DNA of 64,000 nucleotides from Clostridia bacterium (GTDB taxonomy: Bacteria > Bacillota > Clostridia > Christensenellales > Aristaeellaceae): positions 7,274 to 71,273 of the forward strand of contig JAFWZN010000049.1 in the NCBI GenBank assembly GCA_017522345.1. The letters are read 5' to 3'. Below are positions 58,896 to 64,000 of this stretch, piece by piece. The notes below the pieces were generated by a model. It had not been told where the DNA came from, did not search any database, and saw only the letters and a program-made list of their open reading frames with translations. A program made the position numbers and the translations under genes. Position 1 is the first letter of the stretch, and every line of letters begins with the position of its first letter.

Positions 58896-61484
58896 ATGAA
58901 AAAGCAAAAGTCGATTCTCGTTCGTTTGCTTCCGTGGCTGGTTGTTCTGGCCGCGCTGGCTGCGCTCGTGATTTTTGTCGGAATTCCGCTGTACGCGCCT
59001 CAGGAGACTGAAGAGCTTGCGCCGCCGCAGGTTTTCTTCTACGAGGGCGATATGGATAAAGCGTCCCTCAAGATGGAAAACGACGATCTCCTTTTCGAGA
59101 TGGATCCTGATAATACCCATTTTAAGCTCACCGAAAAGGCGACCGGCCGCGTATGGCTTTCCAACCCCGCGGATGCGGATAAGGATAAGAAAGCGGTTTC
59201 CACAAACAAGGGCATTCTGAATTCTACGCTTCTTCTTTACTATTCTCCTTTGGGAAGCACCGATATAGAGAGAAACAACTATCAGTATTCCATCGAAAAC
59301 CAGAACTTTATCTATGAGATCACCGAAGACGGTGCAATTCGCGTAACCTACGCCATCGGTCAGATCGAAAAGGTATACATGATTCCCTACGCCATCACAA
59401 CTGAGCGGTATAAGTTCTATACCGACCAGATGAGTGGTAAGGACAAGAAAAAGATTTCCGGTTACTATTCCAAGCAGACGCCCGCGTCTCTTGAAAAACT
59501 TTCGGCGGAAGAGAAAGAGCAGATGCTTCGATTGTATCCGTCGCTTGCAGAGCAGGAACTTTACATCATGAAGTCCAACATTACTGCCAGCAACAAGGAA
59601 AACGCCGAAGCGGTGTTTGCCTCGCTTGGTTACAATGAGGAAGAGTATGCGATTGATCAGGCGCTGATTGCGGCCAAGAAGGAATCCGACAGCCCCATCT
59701 TCAACGTTTCGGTCGAGTACCGACTGGACGGCGGAGATCTCGTTGTCAGCGTTCCCATGCAGGATATGCGTTACCGCGCGGACTATCCGATTACGTATCT
59801 GACGGTTCTTCCCATGTTCGGCGCACAGGGCGTTGATCAGGAAGGTTTCATACTGGTTCCTGAGGGCGGGGGCGCGCTCATCAATTACAACAACGGAAAG
59901 CTCAAGCAGAACAGCTATTTTACCAATCTTTATGGCTGGGATTATGCTCAGAAGCGCGATGAGGTTGTCAATGAAACGCAGGCGCTGTTCCCCGTGTACG
60001 GCATGACCGGAAACGGCGGCTCCTTTATCTGCATAGTCGAAGGCGCGCAGGCTTATGCTGGCATTCAGGCGGATATTTCCATGCGCTATAATTCGTACAA
60101 CTACGCAAACGTCAAATACACCGTTATCCACAGCGAGGAGTATAACGTATCGGCAAAGACTGCTCAGATCGTAAAAATGTTTGAAAAGCAGATGCCCGAG
60201 GACGTTATTCAGCAAAGATATTGCTTTGTTGAATCCGACAGCTATGTGGACATGGCAAAAACGTACGGCGAATACCTTGTAAACAAGCATCCCGAGCTTA
60301 AAGACATGAATGAAAACGCTGATATGCCCGTAAACGTTGAGCTCATCGGCGCCATCAGCAAGACCGTCGTCAAGTTCGGCATGCCCGTTGATTCCGCTGT
60401 TCCCGCAACGACCTTTCAAGACGCGCAGGACATCATTTCGGATCTTACCGACGCCGGCTTAAAAAATCTCTCCGTTCGCTTCTCCGGCTGGAACAATGGC
60501 GGCGTGAACCAGAAGGTTTTGAATAACATCAAGGTTGTCAAAAAGCTCGGCGGGGAAGAGGGCATGGAGAAGCTGATTGAGGCTGCCAAAGAAAGGAAAA
60601 TTCCGCTTTACTTTGACGGCGTCACCTGCTTTGCCTACGACAGCGGCATTTTCAAGGGCTTCAATCCCTTTAATGATTCCGCGCGGCATGCAACCCGCGA
60701 GCAGGTTAAAATTGATGATTATTCCTTCGTCACATACCGCAGCGTCAGCTGGAAGGATCCCTTCCAGTTGGTAAGTCCTTCCTACGCAAGCGAGATGGCG
60801 GAAAATCTGATCGACAAACTGGACGATATGGATGCTCAGGGCGTCGCTTTCCGCGATATCGGAAGCCTGCTTTCGGCCGATTACAACCCGAAGGCGCTCG
60901 TTACCCGCGAGCAGGTCAAGCAGATGAACATCGAGACTATGCTGGACGCAAAAGAACATGGCCAGAAGATTCAGATCAAAGAAGGCTTCGACTTCGCGAT
61001 TCCCTATGCGGATTTGATTACCGATATGGATATGATCGGAAGCCAGTATGCCCTGATTGACGAATCGGTTCCGTTCTATCAGATTGCGCTGCATGGACGA
61101 GTTGAATACACGGGTCTGCCCATTAATGTTGCCGCTGATTGGGAGACCGAGCTTCTGAACTGCGTTCAGTATGGCGCGGGTCTCAACTTCACCTTCATGG
61201 CGGAGGATGCGAAAATCGTTCAGGAAACCTACCATTCCAGCCTCTACGGCGCGTCTTATGACGAGTGGGCGGAGGATGTAAAGAAGATCGTGAACGATTA
61301 TCAGACGGCGATGGCGGGTCTTAACCAGACCGCGATCACGGGTCACGAAATTTTGGGCGATGTAACGGTAACAACGTATGAAGACGGCAGAAGCGTATAT
61401 GTCAACTACGGCTTTGCGGATTATGCTGTGGGCGATGAGACCGTTCCCGCCAGAAGCTACATCGTAGTAGGGGGTGACAAGTAA
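58896..61484 (+). CDS. 862 aa N-terminally anchored extracytoplasmic protein, DUF5696-like (family assignment from memory, unverified)
   Basis: TM LLPWLVVLAALAALVIFV followed by a large non-repetitive domain. RBS GGAGGTGG. The stop overlaps the next permease start. Confidence 0.6.
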   Translation: MKKQKSILVRLLPWLVVLAALAALVIFVGIPLYAPQETEELAPPQVFFYEGDMDKASLKMENDDLLFEMDPDNTHFKLTEKATGRVWLSNPADADKDKKAVSTNKGILNSTLLLYYSPLGSTDIERNNYQYSIENQNFIYEITEDGAIRVTYAIGQIEKVYMIPYAITTERYKFYTDQMSGKDKKKISGYYSKQTPASLEKLSAEEKEQMLRLYPSLAEQELYIMKSNITASNKENAEAVFASLGYNEEEYAIDQALIAAKKESDSPIFNVSVEYRLDGGDLVVSVPMQDMRYRADYPITYLTVLPMFGAQGVDQEGFILVPEGGGALINYNNGKLKQNSYFTNLYGWDYAQKRDEVVNETQALFPVYGMTGNGGSFICIVEGAQAYAGIQADISMRYNSYNYANVKYTVIHSEEYNVSAKTAQIVKMFEKQMPEDVIQQRYCFVESDSYVDMAKTYGEYLVNKHPELKDMNENADMPVNVELIGAISKTVVKFGMPVDSAVPATTFQDAQDIISDLTDAGLKNLSVRFSGWNNGGVNQKVLNNIKVVKKLGGEEGMEKLIEAAKERKIPLYFDGVTCFAYDSGIFKGFNPFNDSARHATREQVKIDDYSFVTYRSVSWKDPFQLVSPSYASEMAENLIDKLDDMDAQGVAFRDIGSLLSADYNPKALVTREQVKQMNIETMLDAKEHGQKIQIKEGFDFAIPYADLITDMDMIGSQYALIDESVPFYQIALHGRVEYTGLPINVAADWETELLNCVQYGAGLNFTFMAEDAKIVQETYHSSLYGASYDEWAEDVKKIVNDYQTAMAGLNQTAITGHEILGDVTVTTYEDGRSVYVNYGFADYAVGDETVPARSYIVVGGDK

Positions 61485-62515
61485 TGGCACAGGCGAAGAG
61501 CAAGGTCGGCGTAAGAAAGTGGGGCCTCAAGGATTCCATTCTGACCTATCTGCCGATTGAACCCCTGATCAGACTTATTAAAGGATCCAAGAAGAAAAAC
61601 GGCACGTTCGATTCCATGAGATCCAGAAATGCCAGAATCGGAACGCTGTTTGTGCTTCCTTTTATCCTCGGTTTCCTCGTGTTCATGTTAAGGCCCCTGT
61701 GCGAATCTCTCCTAATGAGCCTTTCTGCGGTTAAGATCATTCAAGGCGCCGGATATACGAGTACACTCAACGGCTTTGAAAATTACAAATACGCGCTTAC
61801 GGTTGACCCTGATTTCAACAATTTTCTGGTTGATGAAATCGGTCGTATGGCAATCAACGCCATTTCTACCCTCGTTCTGAGCTTTGTTATCGCTGTAATT
61901 CTCAATCAGAATTTCAAAGGCAGAACCGCCGCACGCGCCATCTTCTTCCTGCCGGTTATTCTCGCTTCCGGCGTATTGCCCGGCATTGAAGCGCAGGTTG
62001 GTTCCAACCAGGAAATTACGATGATCGAATCCGTTGCGGAAGAACTTTCTTCCTCTTCGGGCATCAATATCTCCGCAACGCTTGAAGAACTGCTTTCCGT
62101 ATCCGGCATGGCGTCCAGCGTATTTGACATTTTGTTCACAATGATCGACTCCATTTACGACATCGTCATGGCCAGCGGTATCCAGATTATTGTGTTCCTG
62201 TCCGGTCTTCAGGCCATTTCGCCTTCTCTTTATGAGGCAGCGGATATGGAGGGCTGCACGGCGTGGGAATCCTTCTGGAAGATCACGTTCCCCATGGTCA
62301 GTCCGCTTCTTCTTGTTAACTGCATCTATACCATCATCGACTTCTTCATGAAGAACGATAACAAGGTTATGGAGCGCATTAACACGGTTATGTATTCGCA
62401 ACTTCGATTCGGCGAAAGCGCGGCGATGAGCTGGATTTATTTCGCGATTGCTCTTGCATTCATTGCGGTGAGCTCCTTTATCATCACCAGGGGGGTACAC
62501 TACTATGAAGACTAA
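61484..62515 (+). CDS. sugar ABC transporter permease (MalF/CUT1 type), second set
   Basis: Six TM segments and an EAA loop YEAADMEGCTAWESFWKITFP. Confidence 0.88.
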   Translation: MAQAKSKVGVRKWGLKDSILTYLPIEPLIRLIKGSKKKNGTFDSMRSRNARIGTLFVLPFILGFLVFMLRPLCESLLMSLSAVKIIQGAGYTSTLNGFENYKYALTVDPDFNNFLVDEIGRMAINAISTLVLSFVIAVILNQNFKGRTAARAIFFLPVILASGVLPGIEAQVGSNQEITMIESVAEELSSSSGINISATLEELLSVSGMASSVFDILFTMIDSIYDIVMASGIQIIVFLSGLQAISPSLYEAADMEGCTAWESFWKITFPMVSPLLLVNCIYTIIDFFMKNDNKVMERINTVMYSQLRFGESAAMSWIYFAIALAFIAVSSFIITRGVHYYED

Positions 62516-63512
62516 TAAAACGGAAATGATCCGAAAACGCGATTTCTGGGAGGCGAACCGACAGTCCGGCGGCTATCTTTTAAGAAACAAAATCTCCAAA
62601 ATGATAGTTTCCGTGGTTCGCGCGCTTCTGTTGTTCGGTCTGTGCTTCATGATCATTCAGCCCCTTTTGACTCGATTTTCCACCTCCCTGATGCCGGAAA
62701 AAGATCTTTATGATTCTACCGTCATACTTGTACCCCGCGAGATCACGTTTGATAACTACAGGATCGTTGCCGATCTTACCGGACTTCCCAAGTCCATGCT
62801 GAATACGCTTTGGACGTGTACGCTGGTTTCGGTTCTGCAGGTTATCGCGTGTACGTTGGTTGGCTATGGCTTTGCCAGATACGATTTTCCGCTTAAAAAG
62901 CTTTGGTTCGGCTGCGTAATCGTCACAATCATTGTGCCGCCGCAGACCATCGCTACAGCTTTGTACATGAACTTCGTAGACTTTGACGTGCTGGGCATCA
63001 TTAAGCTGTTTACGGGCAAGGGCGTGAAACTGCACGGTTCCATTGTTCCGTACTCCCTGATGAGCATCACCTGCATGGGCCTAAAAAACGGTCTGTACAT
63101 CTATATGCTCCGCCAGTACTTCAGAGGAATTCCGAAGTCCTTAGAAGAAGCTGCATACGTGGACGGATGCGGAAGCCTCCATACCTTCGTTCGCATCATG
63201 CTTCCCGATGCCATGCCCACGATTCTGAGCTGCTTCCTCTTCTCCTTCGTATGGCAGTGGACGGATCTTTTCTACACCAGAAACTTCCTGTCCAACTACA
63301 CGATTTTCTCCAACGAGCTTTCTACCATCTTGACCCGCATGAGTCTCTACTTTTCCAATGAGACCGGAAAGCCCACCATCGTTCCTGTCGGACGTCAGAT
63401 GCAGCTGGTTTCCATCGGAATTCTTGTCTGCTCTCTCCCGCTGATCATTCTCTACATTTTCACCCAGCGCACCTTTGTAGAGTCGATCGCGATGTCCGGT
63501 ACGAAGGAATAA
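62505..63512 (+). CDS. sugar ABC transporter permease (MalG/CUT1 type), second set
   Basis: EAA loop LEEAAYVDGCGSLHTFVRIMLP. 11 nt overlap with the previous gene. Confidence 0.88.
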   Translation: MKTNKTEMIRKRDFWEANRQSGGYLLRNKISKMIVSVVRALLLFGLCFMIIQPLLTRFSTSLMPEKDLYDSTVILVPREITFDNYRIVADLTGLPKSMLNTLWTCTLVSVLQVIACTLVGYGFARYDFPLKKLWFGCVIVTIIVPPQTIATALYMNFVDFDVLGIIKLFTGKGVKLHGSIVPYSLMSITCMGLKNGLYIYMLRQYFRGIPKSLEEAAYVDGCGSLHTFVRIMLPDAMPTILSCFLFSFVWQWTDLFYTRNFLSNYTIFSNELSTILTRMSLYFSNETGKPTIVPVGRQMQLVSIGILVCSLPLIILYIFTQRTFVESIAMSGTKE

Positions 63513-63773
63513 AGGTGCAGATTTATTCGTTGCCAAAAAACTTCCTTTACACAAGGGAGGCGCGGGACGGGAAACCCGTCCCCTACGGGTTTGATCGGGT
63601 TGCAGCGAGGGAATGAGGCGTAAAGCACATTCCAAGCGGATTCGATTGGATCATGCTGTAGGGGAGGCGTTCCGCCGCCCGGATCTCCGTCCGAAACGAT
63701 TCGGACACTCATTTCGAATCTATGTGCGTTACGAAAAAACGCACACAGAAATATTTTTAGGAGGAACCCCATT

Positions 63774-64000
63774 ATGAAGAAACTGGTCGCAATGCTCCTT
63801 TCCCTCATGATGCTGCTCGTGTGCGTTGGCGCATGCGCAGAAGCTCCCGAAGGATATCCGGAAGTTACCCCCGGTATCGATTTCGGCGGCGCACAGATCT
63901 ACGTCTACGACTATTGGACCGCAAGCGCTGATCGCGTAGCCGAGCCCACCGACGAACAGCAGGCTCAGTATGACTACCGTGACTGGCTCGAGGCCACCTA
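63774..64000 (+). CDS. lipoprotein, probable second sugar-binding protein (3' end outside window)
   Basis: ATG at 63774 after AGGAGG. Signal peptide plus lipobox MKKLVAMLLSLMMLLVCVGAC. The reading frame is open to the window edge. The SBP call rests on position only. Confidence 0.55.
   Translation, partial: MKKLVAMLLSLMMLLVCVGACAEAPEGYPEVTPGIDFGGAQIYVYDYWTASADRVAEPTDEQQAQYDYRDWLEAT

Noticed and set aside
58818-61490. Two long ORFs (533 aa and 343 aa) antisense to the DUF5696-like gene
   Set aside because: Both lie fully within a single long sense ORF that has a strong RBS, a TM anchor and stop/start coupling to its neighbours. The antisense translations are repetitive in Arg, Leu, Ile and Val and lack starts with an RBS.

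Overview
This 64 kb window looks like a chromosomal segment from a moderately GC-rich Firmicute of the Clostridia type. That guess rests on the Rnf complex, an ECF-type RibU, glycyl-radical chemistry and possible spore-coat-like proteins. All calls come from reading the supplied translations and the DNA by eye; no database search was run.

Gene content:
- I support about 57 protein-coding genes, one tRNA-Ser(CGA), one FMN riboswitch, several consensus sigma-70-type promoters and many rho-independent terminators.
- I saw no rRNA, CRISPR array, transposase, integrase or phage genes.
- Most genes are housekeeping: atpDC, dnaX, murG, rimM-trmD, a six-gene rnf operon, riboflavin salvage, nagA, murA, proC, polA-coaE, and one two-component system.

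Regions that stand out:
1. 51.3-64 kb holds a co-directional carbohydrate locus. It has two sugar-ABC permease pairs, two binding proteins and no ATPase. Three uncharacterised membrane-anchored proteins sit between the two transporters: an NHL propeller/TPR protein, a Yip1-like protein and a DUF5696-like 862 aa protein.
2. A short (657 aa) glycyl-radical enzyme with atypical signature loops lies in an apparent operon with its activase and an AI-2E family transporter.
3. TrmD is fused in frame to an unrelated ~280 aa Gfo/Idh/MocA-like domain.
4. RibF is split into two genes, and an FMN riboswitch plus ribU lie between the halves.
5. A ~660 bp ORF-free gap between convergent genes carries a perfect minus-strand promoter and an 18 bp inverted repeat.
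6. Two very cysteine-rich proteins of unknown function lie at 2.4-5.3 kb.

Long ORFs antisense to recognisable genes are treated as compositional artefacts.
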